Assembly (NCBI GenBank): GCA_964016885.1
Contig: OZ024741.1
Coordinates: forward strand, 218,116,001 to 218,180,000
Direction: 5' to 3'
DNA: 64,000 bases
From: Eledone cirrhosa
Lineage: Eukaryota
Shown here: one piece after another, positions 38,657-53,149 of the stretch
Position numbering within the stretch: position 1 is the first letter of the stretch
Layout: every line of letters starts with the position of its first letter
Translations under genes and position numbers: made by a program
The notes under the pieces: generated by a model
What the model saw: only the letters and a program-made list of their open reading frames with translations
The model's database searches: none
Told to the model about the DNA's origin: nothing

Positions 38657-41600
38657 GCTGGTGTTGCTGCTGGTGTCGATGGTATTGGTGGTGGTATTGG
38701 TGGTGGTGGTGATGGTAGTGGTGGTGGTGGTGGAGTTGTTTGTGTCGTTGGTGTTGCTGCTGGTGTCGATGGTATTGGTGGTGGTATTGGTGGTGGTGGT
38801 GATGGTAGTGGTGTTGGTGGTGGAGTTGTTTGTGTGGTTGGTGTTGCTGCTGGTGTCGATGGTATTGGTGGTGGTGATGGTAGTGGTGTTGGTGGTGGAG
38901 TTGTTTGTGTCGTTGGTGTTGCTGCTGGTGTCGATGGTATTGGTGGTGGTATTGGTGGTGGTGGTGATGGTAGTGGTGGTGGTGGTGGAGTTGTTTGTGT
39001 GGTTGGTGTTGCTGCTGGTGTCGATGGTATTGGTGGTGGTGATGGTAGTGGTGTTGGTGGTGGAGTTGTTTGTGTCGTTGGTGTTGCTGCTGGTGTCGAT
39101 GGTATTGGTGGTGGTATTGGTGGTGGTGGTGATGGTAGTGGTGTTGGTGGTGGAGTTGTTTGTGTGGTTGGTGTTGCTGCTGGTGTCGATGGTATTGGTG
39201 GTGGTATTGGTGGTGGTGGTGATGGTAGTGGTGGTGGTGGTGGAGTTGTTTGTGTGGTTGGTGTTGCTGCTGGTGTCGATGGTATTGGTGGTGGTGATGG
39301 TAGTGGTGTTGGTGGTGGAGTTGTTTGTGTCGTTGGTGTTGCTGCTGGTGTCGATGGTATTGGTGGTGGTATTGGTGGTGGTGGTGATGGTAGTGGTGTT
39401 GGTGGTGGAGTTGTTTGTGTGGTTGGTGTTGCTGCTGGTGTCGATGGTATTGGTGGTGGTATTGGTGGTGGTGGTGATGGTAGTGGTGTTGGTGGTGGAG
39501 TTGTTTGTGTGGTTGGTGTTGCTGCTGGTGTCGATGGTATTGGTGGTGGTGATGGTAGTGGTGTTGGTGGTGGAGTTGTTTGTGTCGTTGGTGTTGCTGC
39601 TGGTGTCGATGGTATTGGTGGTGGTGATGGTAGTGGTGGTGGTGGTGGAGTTGTTTGTGTGGTTGGTGTTGCTGCTGGTGTCGATGGTATTGGTGGTGGT
39701 GATGGTAGTGGTGTTGGTGGTGGAGTTGTTTGTGTCGTTGGTGTTGCTGCTGGTGTCGATGGTATTGGTGGTGGTATTGGTGGTGGTGGTGATGGTAGTG
39801 GTGTTGGTGGTGGAGTTGTTTGTGTGGTTGGTGTTGCTGCTGGTGTCGATGGTATTGGTGGTGGTGATGGTAGTGGTGTTGGTGGTGGAGTTGTTTGTGT
39901 CGTTGGTGTTGCTGCTGGTGTCGATGGTATTGGTGGTGGTATTGGTGGTGGTGGTGATGGTAGTGGTGGTGGTGGTGGAGTTGTTTGTGTGGTTGGTGTT
40001 GCAGCTGGTGTCGATGGTATTGGTGGTGGTATTGGTGGTGGTGGTGATGGTAGTGGTGTTGGTGGTGGAGTTGTTTGTGTGGTTGGTGTTGCTGCTGGTG
40101 TCGATGGTATTGGTGGTGGTATTGGTGGTGGTGGTGATGGTAGTGGTGGTGGTGGTGGAGTTGTTTGTGTGGTTGGTGTTGCTGCTGGTGTCGATGGTAT
40201 TGGTGGTGGTGATGGTAGTGGTGTTGGTGGTGGAGTTGTTTGTGTCGTTGGTGTTGCTGCTGGTGTCGATGGTATTGGTGGTGGTATTGGTGGTGGTGGT
40301 GATGGTAGTGGTGGTGGTGGTGGAGTTGTTTGTGTGGTTGGTGTTGCTGCTGGTGTCGATGGTATTGGTGGTGGTATTGGTGGTGGTGGTGATGGTAGTG
40401 GTGGTGGTGGTGGAGTTGTTTGTGTGGTTGGTGTTGCTGCTGGTGTCGATGGTATTGGTGGTGGTATTGGTGGTGGTGGTGATGGTAGTGGTGGTGGTGG
40501 TGGAGTTGTTTGTGTAGTTGGTGTTGCTGCTGGTGTCGATGGTATTGGTGGTGGTATTGGTGGTGGTGGTGATGGTAGTGGTGGTGGTGGTGGAGTTGTT
40601 TGTGTGGTTGGTGTTGCTGCTGGTGTCGATGGTATTGGTGGTGGTGATGGTAGTGGTGGTGGTGGTGGAGTTGTTTGTGTGGTTGGTGTTGCTGCTGGTG
40701 TCGATGGTATTGGTGGTGGTATTGGTGGTGGTGGTGATGGTAGTGGTGTTGGTGGTGGAGTTGTTTGTGTGGTTGGTGTTGCTGCTGGTGTCGATGGTAT
40801 TGGTGGTGGTGATGGTAGTGGTGTTGGTGGTGGAGTTGTTTGTGTGGTTGGTGTTGCTGCTGGTGTCGATGGTATTGGTGGTGGTATTGGTGGTGGTGGT
40901 GATGGTAGTGGTGTTGGTGGTGGAGTTGTTTGTGTGGTTGGTGTTGCAGCTGGTGTCGATGGTATTGGTGGTGGTATTGGTGGTGGTGGTGATGGTAGTG
41001 GTGGTGGTGGTGGAGTTGTTTGTGTGGTTGGTGTTGCTGCTGGTGTCGATGGTATTGGTGGTGGTATTGGTGGTGGTGGTGATGGTAGTGGTGGTGGTGG
41101 TGGAGTTGTTTGTGTGGTTGGTGTTGCTGCTGGTGTTGATGGTATTGGTGGTGGTATTGGTGGTGGTGGTGATGGTAGTGGTGGTGGTGGTCGAGTTGTT
41201 TGTGTCGTTGGTGTTGCTGCTGGTGTCGATGGTATTGGTGGTGGTATTGGTGGTGGTGGTGATGGTAGTGGTGGTGGTGGTGGAGTTGTTTGTGTGGTTG
41301 GTGTTGCTGCTGGTGTCGATGGTATTGGTGGTGGTATTGGTGGTGGTGGTGATGGTAGTGGTGTTGGTGGTGGAGTTGTTTGTGTCGTTGGTGTTGCTGC
41401 TGATGTCGATGGTATTGGTGGTGGTATTGGTGGTGGTGATGATGGTAGTGGTGTTGGTGGTGGAGTTGTTTGTGTGGTTGGTGTTGCTGCTGGTGTCGAT
41501 GGTATTGGTGGTGGTATTGGTGGTGGTGGTGTTGGTAGTGGTGGTGGTGGTGGAGTTGTTTGTGTCGTTGGTGTTGCTGCTGGTGTCGATGGTATTGGTG

Positions 41601-42170
41601 GTGGTATTGGTGGTGGTATTGGTGGTGGTGGTGATAGTAGTGGTGGTGGTGGTGGAGTTGTTTGTGTCGTTGGTGTGGCTGCTGGTGTCGATGGTATTGG
41701 TGGTGGTATTGGTGGTGGTGGTGATGGTAGTGGTGTTGGTGGTGGAGTTGTTTGTGTGGTTGGTGTTGCTGCTGGTGTCGATGGTATTGGTGGTGGTATT
41801 GGTGGTGGTGATGGTAGTGGTGTTGGTGGTGGAGTTGTTTGTGTGGTTGGTGTTGCTGCTGGTGTCGATGGTATTGGTGGTGGTATTGGTGGTGGTGGTG
41901 ATGGTAGTGGTGTTGGTGGTGGAGTTGTTTGTGTGGTTGGTGGTGGTATTGGTGGTGGTGATGGTAGTTGTGGTGGTAGTGGTGGTGGTGGTGATGGTAG
42001 TGGTGTTGGTGGTGGAGTTGTTTGTGTGGTTGGTGGTGGTATTGGTGGTGTCGATGGTATTGGTGGTGGTATTGGTGGTGGTGGTGATGGTAGTGGTGTT
42101 GGTGGTGGAGTTGTTTGTGTGGTTGGTGGTGGTATTGGTGGTGGTGATGGTAGTTGTGGTGGTAGTGGTG
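38657..42170. repeat. 90/75-bp GGT-derived satellite
   Basis: Unit ggtgttgctgctggtgtcgatggtatt...ggagttgtttgtgt(g/c)gtt; long and short forms interspersed. Confidence 0.97.
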
Positions 42171-43915
42171 GCAGTGGTGCAGTGGTGGTGGTGGTGGAGG
42201 CTGTTGTATCGATGGTAGTGGTGACAGTGGTGGTGGTGGAGACTGTTGTATCGATGGTAGTGGTGGCAGTGTTGTAGTGGTGGTGGTGGAGGCTGTTGTA
42301 TCGATGGTAGTGGTGGCAGTGGTGCAGTGGTGGTGGTGGAGACTGTTGTATCGATGGTAGTGGTGGCAGTGGGGCAGTGGTGGTGGTGGAGGCTGTTGTA
42401 TCGATGGTAGAGGTGGCAGTGGGGCAGTGGTGGTGGTGGAGGTTGTTGTATCGATGGTAGTGGTGGCAGTGGTGGTGGAGGGTGTTGTATCGATGGTAGT
42501 GGTGGCAGTGTTGTAGTGGTGGTGGTGGAGGGTGTTGTATCGATGGTAGTGGTGGCAGTGGGGCAGTGGTGGTGGTGGAGACTGTTGTATCGATGGTGGT
42601 GATGGCAGTGGTGCAGTGGTGGTGGTGGAGGCTGTTGTATCGATGGTGGTGATGGCAGTGGTGCAGTGGTGGTGGTGGAGGTTGTTGTATCAATGGTAGT
42701 GGTGGTAGTGGTGGTGGAGGCTGTTGTATCGATGGTAGTGGTGGCAGTGGTGCAGTGGTGGTGGTGGAGGCTGTTGTATCGATGGTGGTGATGGCAGTGG
42801 TGCAGTGGTGGTGGTGGAGGCTGTTGTATCGATGGTGGTGATGGCAGTGGTGCAGTGGTGGTGGTGGAGGCTGTTGTATCGATGGTGGTGATGGCAGTGG
42901 GGCAGTGGTGGTGGTGGAGGCTGTTGTATCGATGGTGGTGATGGCAGTGGTGTAGTGGTGGTGGTGGAGGCTGTTGTATCGATGGTTGTGATGGCAGTGG
43001 TGCAGTGGTGGTGGTGGCAGTGGGGCAGTGGTGGTGGTGGAGGCTGTTGTATCGATGGTGGTGATGGCAGTGGTGCAGTGGTGGTGGTGGCAGTGGGGCA
43101 GTGGTGGTGGTGGAGGCTGTTGTATCGATGGTGGTGATGGCAGTGGTGCAGTGGTGGTGGTGGCAGTGGTGCAGTGGTGGTGGTGGCAGTGGGGCAGTGG
43201 TGGTGGTGGAGGCTGTTGTATCGATGGTAGAGGTGGTAGTGGTGCAGTGGTGGTGGTGGAGGCTGTTGTATCGATGGTGGTGATGGCAGTGGTGTAGTGG
43301 TGGTGGTGGAGGCTGTTGTATCGATGGTGGTGATGGCAGTGGTGCAGTGGTGGTGGTGGCAGTGGGGAAGTGGTGGTGGTGGAGGCTGTTGTATCGATGG
43401 TGGTGATGGCAGTGGTGTAGTGGTGGTGGTGGAGGCTGTTGTATCGATGGTTGTGATGGCAGTGGTGCAGTGGTGGTGGTGGCAGTGGGGCAGTGGTGGT
43501 GGTGGAGGCTGTTGTATCGATGGTGGTGATGGCAGTGGTGCAGTGGTGGTGGTGGCAGTGGGGCAGTGGTGGTGGTGGAGGCTGTTGTATCGATGGTGGT
43601 GATGGCAGTGGTGCAGTGGTGGTGGTGGCAGTGGTGCAGTGGTGGTGGTGGCAGTGGGGCAGTGGTGGTGGTGGAGGCTGTTGTATCGATGGTAGAGGTG
43701 GTAGTGGTGCAGTGGTGGTGGTGGAGGCTGTTGTATCGATGGTGGTGATGGCAGTGGTGTAGTGGTGGTGGTGGAGGCTGTTGTATCGATGGTGGTGATG
43801 GCAGTGGTGCAGTGGTGGTGGTGGCAGTGGGGAAGTGGTGGTGGTGGAGGCTGTTGTATCGATGGTAGTGGTGGCAGTGGTGCAGTGGTGGTGGTGGAGG
43901 CTGTTGTATCGATGG
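42170..43915. repeat. 50/73-bp satellite with a 465-bp higher-order duplication
   Basis: Unit gtggtggtggtggaggctgttgtatcgatggtggtgatggcagtggtgca; identical ORF translations offset by 465 bp. Confidence 0.95.
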
Positions 43916-44058
43916 CATTAGAGATTTCGTACTGATAATAAAGTAATGAATGAAAATCTCTATTTATGCCGGTTTATGCCGGTTTTCTTCTCTTTGTATC
44001 AATTTCATAATCCGAGGCCTTGTATTTCTCTATTTCTCTTGCTGTCTCTCATACTTTA

Positions 44059-44142
<84 letters not shown>

Positions 44143-44339
44143 TATATATATATGCATATATATATATGCATATATATATATATGCATATATATATATACA
44201 TATATATATGCATATATATATATATACATATAATACACACACGCTTATATATATATGCATATATATACATATATATTTATATATATAAGCGTGTGTGTAT
44301 TATATGTGCATGTATATATGCAGATATATATAATATATA

Positions 44340-44430
<91 letters not shown>

Positions 44431-44466
44431 GTGCTTATATACATATATATACATATACACATATAC

Positions 44467-44513
<47 letters not shown>

Positions 44514-45391
44514 TATATAAGCTTATATATATATGCATATATATATATGTGTGTGTGTATATATATATATATATGTACACATATGCATATATATATATAC
44601 ATATGCACACATATATATATGCAAATTATATATATATATATATATATATGCATATATAAGCTTATATATATATGCATATATATATATATGTGTGTGTATA
44701 TATATATATATGTACACATATGCATATATATATATACATATGCACACATATATATATGCAAATTATATATATATATATATATATATAAATGAAAAGTATA
44801 GAAATTATTCTAGCAAGAAGCCAACAGTATTCCATAATATATAAGTGACTATAGCGTCAAAATGGGAAAATAGTTAACGTAAGATGTGGGAAAAATAATT
44901 CAAACTCAATTCAAAAAGAATTAGGATATAGATTTATGCACAGAATTTAGTGAAATCCAGGGAAAAATCAATAGACCCTTAACTCATGATAAAATAAAGT
45001 TTAAAATACTCATCCTTCAATTTGGAACAACTACAAATGCTATGCATAGTCTTGAAAAGACTATTTCACGAAAACTTTCAGTGGGGATGATCACGGTTGG
45101 AATTCGATCGTCAGCAGATTTCAACATGATAACCAAAATCTCACTGATTAATATGCCAAAAAAGGGAATTAAAAAGCAGGCTAGTTTAACATCATGCGTG
45201 ATTATGAAAATAAAACGCACATGTGTAAAAACAGGGCTGGTGACGTCAGAATTAGACGAATGTTTGTTTACATGAAACAACAGTCCAAAACATTCCGAAA
45301 AAAACTCTACAATAAGGAGCTCAGCAAAAAGCAATATTATCGCGGTTTTTTTTTTAAATACCGGGAAATATATATATATATATATATATGC

Positions 45392-45424
<33 letters not shown>

Positions 45425-45428
<4 letters not shown>

Positions 45429-48400
45429 ATTTGTTGTGCTGCTTCTCTGTTTTGTTCCCGTCCAATTTTTCATTATACAATACACGCTCACACGGCTTCC
45501 ATACCTTTGGAATATAACCTAACTACCGGCTCAACCCCGATCTAATCCGCCGTGACCACTCTCTGAACTTTCCACACATCTTCCCACACTTGTTCTTTCC
45601 TTCCACGCATTACCTTTGTTTGGTTTTTTTACTGTACTTGTTTATTTATGTATATGATTTTTTGCCTGTGTTTTTACAATTTTATTTCTATGATTTTTTG
45701 TCCACGATCGCCTGTGTTTTTACCTTTATGATTTTTTGTCTTTATTTTTCCTGTGTATACTATCCCCTCCTTACATTTTTCTGTTTCATTTTCCCTTCCC
45801 CGTCTCTGCCTATCCTTCGCACTCACTCCTTCGTTCAACCCCACCCCGCTTCACACACCTGCTTTCTCATCCCTCCCCCTGCTTTCACCCAACGCCCACC
45901 ATGCCCAGCCTGAGATCCTTTCTCCACCAACTACACACTAGCCTCAAACTTTTCCTCACCCCCTCCTCCCACCCTGCTATCTCCCCTCTGCCCTTCAACT
46001 CTCCTACCTTCATCCATTTCCTCAGCCACTGCCTCCGCCTCCACTTTATCCCCCTCGGCTTCCGCCTACACTTCCACACTTCCCCCGCCGCTTCCCCCTC
46101 CACGCAACGTATCCTCACCCGATCATCACGCCTCCTAATGCGCAACTCCATCCGCTCATCCCGTTCCACCCTCCGCAAACTTGACCACCAACTGACCCCC
46201 ACCCTCCTCCCCCTTAACTCCACCTGCCACCCCCTCCTCGCCCAAGCCATCCTCCTCTTCATCCAAAACCTCAACCACGACCTCTTTTCCTTCCTCACCT
46301 CCACCAAAGCCCGCAAGCTACACTCACTCCTCCCAACCATCCCCATCCACCACCACCCGCCCATCCCCATGAGCTCACCACTTTCCACCCCTCCCTCGCC
46401 CCACAACCCTACCCAATCTCCACCCTCCACCTCACCCCTCACCACACCCTCACCACACCCTCCCTTCCCCCCACACACCCAAACCCCACCACTTGTTGTC
46501 ACCATACCCCTTGACCTCCCCCTGTCCGCACCTGAGCGCTCACTCCTTAGTAGAGCCCTTCGCTTCATACCCCACACTCCGCACAGCGACGAGTTCCGCA
46601 CCCGAACGGAAGTCGAGCGATTCGTGCGACGCACGAAGCTACAGGCACATTTCGGCCGAACGCCACCGGCTCCGGACGCCCCAGACCCGTTTCTCGCCCT
46701 GGGCCGACGACTATCTTCTTGGACGCCGGCCCCAGGGCAATTTAGCACCCTGGACGCGTTCGTCGATGCCAGCCGTAGCGCGGTAAATCGTTTCGACTTC
46801 TGCCACCGTTCCAAACGGAATAATATCTCACGGGGCGAACTCCTCGCTCTCCGCTGATGACATCGTCATTAAACCGGCGGACAAGGTAGGCGCCGTGGTG
46901 GTGTGGCGCGCGGACCTCTACACGGCCGAAGCCCTCAGGCAGCTCCGTAACCCCCTCTTCTACCGCCCTCTAAGCTCCGATCCAACACCCCTCTATCAAC
47001 AACAAGTTTCCTCCACCATCCAACACCTTGTCTCCTCCTCCCTCCTGCCCCCACCGCTTCCCACCTCATCGTCCGTACCTCCCGCACCCCCACCATCTAT
47101 TTCCTCCCCAAACTCCACAAACCCGACAACCCCGGCCGCCCCATCGTCTCCGCTTGCAACTGACCCACCGAACTCATCTCCGCCTTTCTCGACTCCATCC
47201 TCGTCCCCCTTGTCACCACCCTCCCCTCCCACATCTCCAATACCACGCCCTGCGCCTTTTCGACTCCTTCCCACCCGGCCCACAGCCCTTCCTCTTCACC
47301 CTAGACATCAAGTCCCTCTATACCGTCATCCCCCACGCCGACGACCTACGCGCCCTCAAACACTACCTCGACCTTCGCCCCTCCCCATTCCCTCCACCCC
47401 ACCCTCCTTCGCCGCGCCGAGCTGGTCCTCACCCTCAATTGTTTCTCGTTCTCGGGTGAGTTTTACCAACAGGTCACGGGGGTAGCCATGGGTACAAGAA
47501 TGGGCCCAAACTATGCCAACCTTTTTGTTGGCCATGTTGAGGCCCAAATCTTTGCCCAGTACACCGGCCCCACGCCCGCACTGTACGGTCGTTACATCGA
47601 CGACTGTATCGGAGCCACGACCCTCACCTGAGAACAGCTCGACTCCTTTCTCTCCTTCTTCTGCTCCTTCCACCCCTCCCTCCACTTCACCACCTCTATC
47701 TCCACCACCCACGTCCACTTCTTAGACATCTCCGTCGCCTTCAACCCCTCCCACCACTCCCTCGTCACCTCCGCCTTCTTCAAACCCACCGACTCCCACT
47801 CTTACCTCGACTTCACCTCTTCCCACCCCATACACACTAAACACTCTATTCCCTACTCCCAACTCCTCAGGATCCGCCGCCTCTGTAGCCGAGATGCCGA
47901 CTTTGAGTCCCAGGCTCTTTCCCTAGTCAGCCATTTCATCCGCAGAGGTTACCCCCCTCTCTCGTCCACACCGCTCTCACCCGCGCCCGTGCTATCCACT
48001 GCTCCACCACCCTCACCCACGCCACCGCACACCCACCCACCGTCTCCCCTTCCCCATCACCTATCACCCCTCCACCATACCCCTCCACCGCACCATCCTC
48101 CGCCTCTTCCGACGCCTCCAGTCCGACCCCTCCACCTCCCACATCTTCCCAGCCCCACCACTCCCCTCCTTCAAACTCCCCACCCTTATTCCTTTAGCCT
48201 TCGACCTCCCCCCTCCCCCACACATATCCCCCACTAACACCACTAACACACCCCTCCTTTTCCCCGCCCACCCCACAACTAACAATACTAACACCTCCAC
48301 TGCACCCCACATCCGACCACCCTTCCCCAACTAACATACTAACATCCCTCCCTTCTTCCCCCCTCCTTATCACACGCACACACCTACCGGCACATATATA

Positions 48401-49785
48401 CACGCGCTCACACTAAACACACACCCTACTACCACCACTAACCCTCACCCCCACACATCCACCCCACCACCCCGCAACTAACATCACTAACACCCCCTGA
48501 CCCCAAGCACACGAACACACACACCCACTTACACCACCCACCCTACACGCAACTAACATCACTAACACCCCCAACCCTACGCACACGTAAACACACCCTC
48601 TTAGACCACCCACTCTACACACCCTACCACCACTGACCCCCACTAACACCCGCATTCAACCCTTTCTCCACCTCCTGTATACTAACACCCCCTTCACCAA
48701 ACACACACACCAGTACACCACACTCCCTCCATCGACCCCCACACCCTTCTCTCCCCGCTCCACCCACACCCTTTCTCAAACACTCACTCATCCCACTAAC
48801 GCCTCTACTAATACACCCCCTCCTCACTCCAACTTTAACACCTACCCATCCTCTCCCCTTTACCATTCTACCCTACTGCTGCTCTGCCCTCTGACCACCT
48901 CCCCGCACACACAGACACACAACACACCTTCACTTACCATCATTCTACCCTACTGCTGCTATGCCCTCTGACCACCTCCCCACACACACAGACACACAAC
49001 ACTCCTCCTGCCTTGACCACTTCCTGTTGCGCGCGCACCCAACATCTCCCCTCTTCCGACCAATCTCTTCACGGATAACACGTATGTGAACCTTGATCCC
49101 GGAATCCACCACATCAAAGGATTTTACTAAGCATTCCACCACATCTTCTTACGGAATCACCTTTATGACTCACCCACACACACAAAAATATTTTTTCCCC
49201 ACACGCCACCTACACCCACAACACGCTTAAACACCACACACACACGTGCGTACCACCACATATTTACACATTCAGCCTCCGGATTCCTCTCCCCAAACCC
49301 TCTATCCACTCACGCACACACACTCCGACCTACATCCCACCCCACACACACCTCTTCCTGAACATGCAACCCCGTTCTTCCCCCAACCCTTGCTTTCACA
49401 CACACACACACACACACATACACCTACACACACACACCACCTTCAGCCCTCCCCGCTCGGACACCCCGTCTCCCTCTCCCCACTCCACCGCCACCACCCT
49501 TACACGCCCCACACCCTTCCACCATTTTAATTTACCCCATTTTAATTTTATTTTGATCATGCCTTTATTTTTAATTTCATTTGCACCGTTTCCTCTCACC
49601 CCCTTTTTGCTATGTCTCTCCACCACTCCCCTACACACCCTTTGAACTCTCTTCCCCCACACTTTTCACCTGAAGAAGGGCTTATGCCCGAAACGTCGTT
49701 CCCCACCACCACCCCACCCTCAAGAGCGTGAAATTAATAAACATTTGTTGTACTGCCTCTCTGTTTTGTTCCCGTTCAATTTTTC

Positions 49786-49790
<5 letters not shown>
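45425..49790 (+). mobile_element. Neptune-type Penelope-like element, C-rich, ~50-bp direct terminal repeats, no endonuclease seen
   Basis: FLSHCL..FIPLGF; LLSRALRFIP; IKPADK; FLPKLHKPDNPGRPIVS; LDIKSLYT; AMGTRMGPNYAN; RYIDD; KPTDSHSYLDFTSSHP; aaacatttgttgt...ttttcattata at 45425 and 49739. Confidence 0.9.
49667..49700 (+). ncRNA. Minimal hammerhead ribozyme
   Basis: CTGAAGA-a gggc ttat gccc-GAAA-cg-TC; stem I only 2 bp. Confidence 0.65.
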
Positions 49791-49849
<59 letters not shown>

Positions 49850-49953
49850 AAAACAGGGAGAAAGAGACGATTATTAGGAAGAAAAATATATTTTTTTCCT
49901 TTTGTGCTTCCTCTCCACATTTTATTATTATTATTATATATATGTATATAAAT

Positions 49954-50227
49954 TTGAGTATGTGTTGGTTGCTTACCGACACTTCAGTATGCAGGCTACA
50001 TATGCCAGCAGTTCTTCGAGAAAACAACACCACACTTCCGGTCTGAACATATCAACGAACTAACAAGCTAAACTCTATTCCACCATTATGTTTTCCTGTT
50101 CTTTCTGTTCAAACTCTAGCCGCCTGATGAGGTCACAGTTGTTGAATAATGGTTATCACCGAAATATGTATTGCACCAAATATGAATAAACGAAGTTAAT
50201 TTTTAACCTATTGACTTACACTTATTG

Positions 50228-50229
<2 letters not shown>
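49954..50229 (+). mobile_element. Non-autonomous mini-PLE sharing both ends with 30905-34780
   Basis: Same 41-nt leader; 3' part aligns to 34571-34778; degenerate hammerhead CTGATGA-ggt..acc-GAAA near 50125-50164. Confidence 0.75.
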
Positions 50230-50316
<87 letters not shown>

Positions 50317-50318
<2 letters not shown>

Positions 50319-51430
50319 AACAAGTAGGTAGGACGCCGATGGCTGAGCTCAAGCCGCTTCGACGGCTAATTCTTGACTAAATGAACATTTTTAGCTTGGT
50401 AAATGAATAGCCGAACTTCTCAGGGGTAATTCCATATATGGTAAAAGTGATTGTCACAAGGATTGGTCAAAAGTTTGTTGTTAAGACACAAGATTCTATC
50501 ATGGAATTTTGTGGAAGGTAGGGGTAGCTGAACTTGCCAGTAGAAGAAAGAGGGAGAGGGAGTGGAGGAAACCCAGTCAAGCGTTGAAAGTGAAAACTAC
50601 AGCAGATTCTAAGGATAGTGTATAGAAGGTCGAAAAAAGTATACTAGAGAAGGGTAGGGGGGGGGGTAGAAACAATAAGTAAATCTAAATGGAGTAAATA
50701 TATAAAAAATATTAAAAATATATAAAAAAAAATAATTTCTGGTTACTAGTCCCCTTCCACAATCATCAAATCTTTCACTGGTACTGCTAAGCTATAGAAA
50801 AGTTTAATAGGTGGGAAGGAATACTAAATACGAGATTGTAGTGAAAGAATTTTATGAGGCCCTCATTACAGGGGGTCTACCACCACTACAATAGTTAGTA
50901 GTAATCGGCCAAAGCTATCTTACAATGACAGGTCAACAAGTTGAGGACCAACATACTAATAACTACTAATACGAAATATTAATTCAGAATCCCGAAACTA
51001 ATACGAAATATTAATTCAGAATCCCGAGACATGAATACTAATACAATATATATAAGTACTGCTACAATACATAAATTCTAATACGATATACATAAATACT
51101 GATAGAATATATATAAAAAAACTAATACAATATATATAAATACTGCTACAAAACATAAATTCTAATACAATCTACATAAATACTCATACAATATATATGA
51201 AAAACTAATACGAAAAATTAATTCAGAATCCCCAAAAATAAATACTGATAAACGAGAAACTAAAGCAGAAATACCACTAAGAAATCTAGAAATCACGGAA
51301 ATGGGGCAGCAACCAGAGAAGAAAGCAAAATGGGGCAGCAACCAGAGAAGAAAGCAAGTATCTGGGTTCTAGCACATCTGCTATAAAAAGCGGAATCGGC
51401 TAATTCTATCATAAAATAAGGAGGGTACTA
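50317..51430 (-). mobile_element. Family A PLE 3' region, degenerate hammerhead, no extension
   Basis: 50317-50625 aligns to 57056-57355; right boundary uncertain. Confidence 0.7.
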
Positions 51431-51640
51431 TATTTGCCTATATATATATATAAGAAAAAGGGTGAGAGAGAGAGCGAAGTATAAAGCAGACGGCGACGCC
51501 AAGCGGTTTCGGCCTGTTTGTTCAGCAAGCCCACTCAGCATCTCCCCATTCATTGAATCACTGAATACTCCCATGATTTGTGCTCTCCCTGGTCTCGCCT
51601 CCACAGACTCTCTCCTCTTTCTATCTCTTTCTCTTAATAT

Positions 51641-51727
<87 letters not shown>

Positions 51728-51855
51728 TATATATATATAATATATATATATATATAATATATATATATAATATATATATATAGTTATATATATATATATA
51801 ATATATATATATAATATATATATATATATATAATATATATATATATAATATATAT

Positions 51856-51912
<57 letters not shown>

Positions 51913-51914
51913 AT

Positions 51915-52064
<150 letters not shown>

Positions 52065-52198
52065 CATAATATATATATAATATATATATATAGTTTGAGA
52101 TACCAGAACTATAAAATTGAGATGAGCGGAACAAGTAAACTTCAAACAATCTTTTAAAATAAATTAAAATACGATTTAAATATTCACCTATCCAAATT

Positions 52199-52277
52199 GC
52201 TTTTACCGACGGTTTCGCCTCACAAAAGATTGGAAATCCAAAGGACTTCCAATGGAAAGATCGGCTCTTCAGAAAGC
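52199..52277 (-). ncRNA. Type-I hammerhead in a PLE remnant (about 52092-52420) with a 53-bp inverted repeat
   Basis: gcttt-CTGAAGA-gcc...ggc-GAAA-ccgtcgg-TA-aaagc; inverted repeat 52270-52322 / 52367-52420. Confidence 0.8.
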
Positions 52278-53149
52278 TATTTCCATTCTATAGGACGTAA
52301 AATCTCACAGCAAGTAAATACAACGCCTACTGACAGCCAGCGTAAGATCGGGTCGTTAAACTGCGATGTATTTACTTGCTGTGAGACTTTACGTCCTATA
52401 GAATGGAAATAGCTTTCTGTATTCGCATGTATCTGTGTATTTCTTTTTATTGTCTATAACTCCCTACGGTAGAGTAATCACTGAAGTATAGTGACTGCTG
52501 TCAAGCCTACACTATTTACACTTCTAGCCCTCCTTAGCCACCTCGTCTGTAGCCTAGATATTAATGCCCCCTTCGCCATTTGTGGTATTTTTCTCTTGGT
52601 TGTAAGAGGTTTAACTAAGTTCCCCCTCCGCCTTTCCGGGATTCTCTCTCACGCCTTGCAGACGTGTTTTGAAACTTTAAATGAGGTATTCTCTCGATAA
52701 GTTGGCAATCCTCACAAAAATACTGCATCTCTATGATGCAATGTTTTTGCAAAGTAGCCACGAAACTGCGCAGTCGAGGATGTCGAAGAATATTAGGTAT
52801 TACTCTTTTACTCTTTTACCTGTTTCAGCCATCCGGCTCTATATTTTTTTTTATTTATGTCTAATGTTTCTTCTTTCTTTATAATGTATTATATAGCTCT
52901 GATATTGAGTCAATCTAATTCATTCAGATTATTTTCTCCCCATTAATCATAGAGCAACAACGATTAAGGTTGGCACCACACAAATTCAGGGATATATGTG
53001 TGTATATGCATGTATATGTATGTATTCGCATGTATCTGTGTATTTCTTTTTATTGTCTTATTGTATATAAAAAAACGCTTATATAATAACAGAAAAAAAC
53101 TGTATTCTTATAAAAATAACATAAACATAAAGCTAAATTATCAATTTAA

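Noticed and set aside
38440-43918. 1200-1800-aa mucin-, extensin- or Gly-rich ORFs
   Set aside because: Open in several frames on both strands because the satellite is triplet-derived and stop-poor; no unique domain or signal peptide.
43946-44844. YI/CV/HT-repeat ORFs here and throughout the window
   Set aside because: Translations of (TA)n, (TG)n and (CA)n microsatellites.
46855-47632. In-frame TGA codons as selenocysteine (Naiad-like)
   Set aside because: The element is Neptune-type with several frameshifts; no SECIS recognised; ordinary decay explains the stops.
51488-51545. Hammerhead-like motif on the minus strand (ctgagtg-ggcttg/caggcc-gaaa)
   Set aside because: Core lacks A9 and stems I and III do not close cleanly; at most a degenerate relic.
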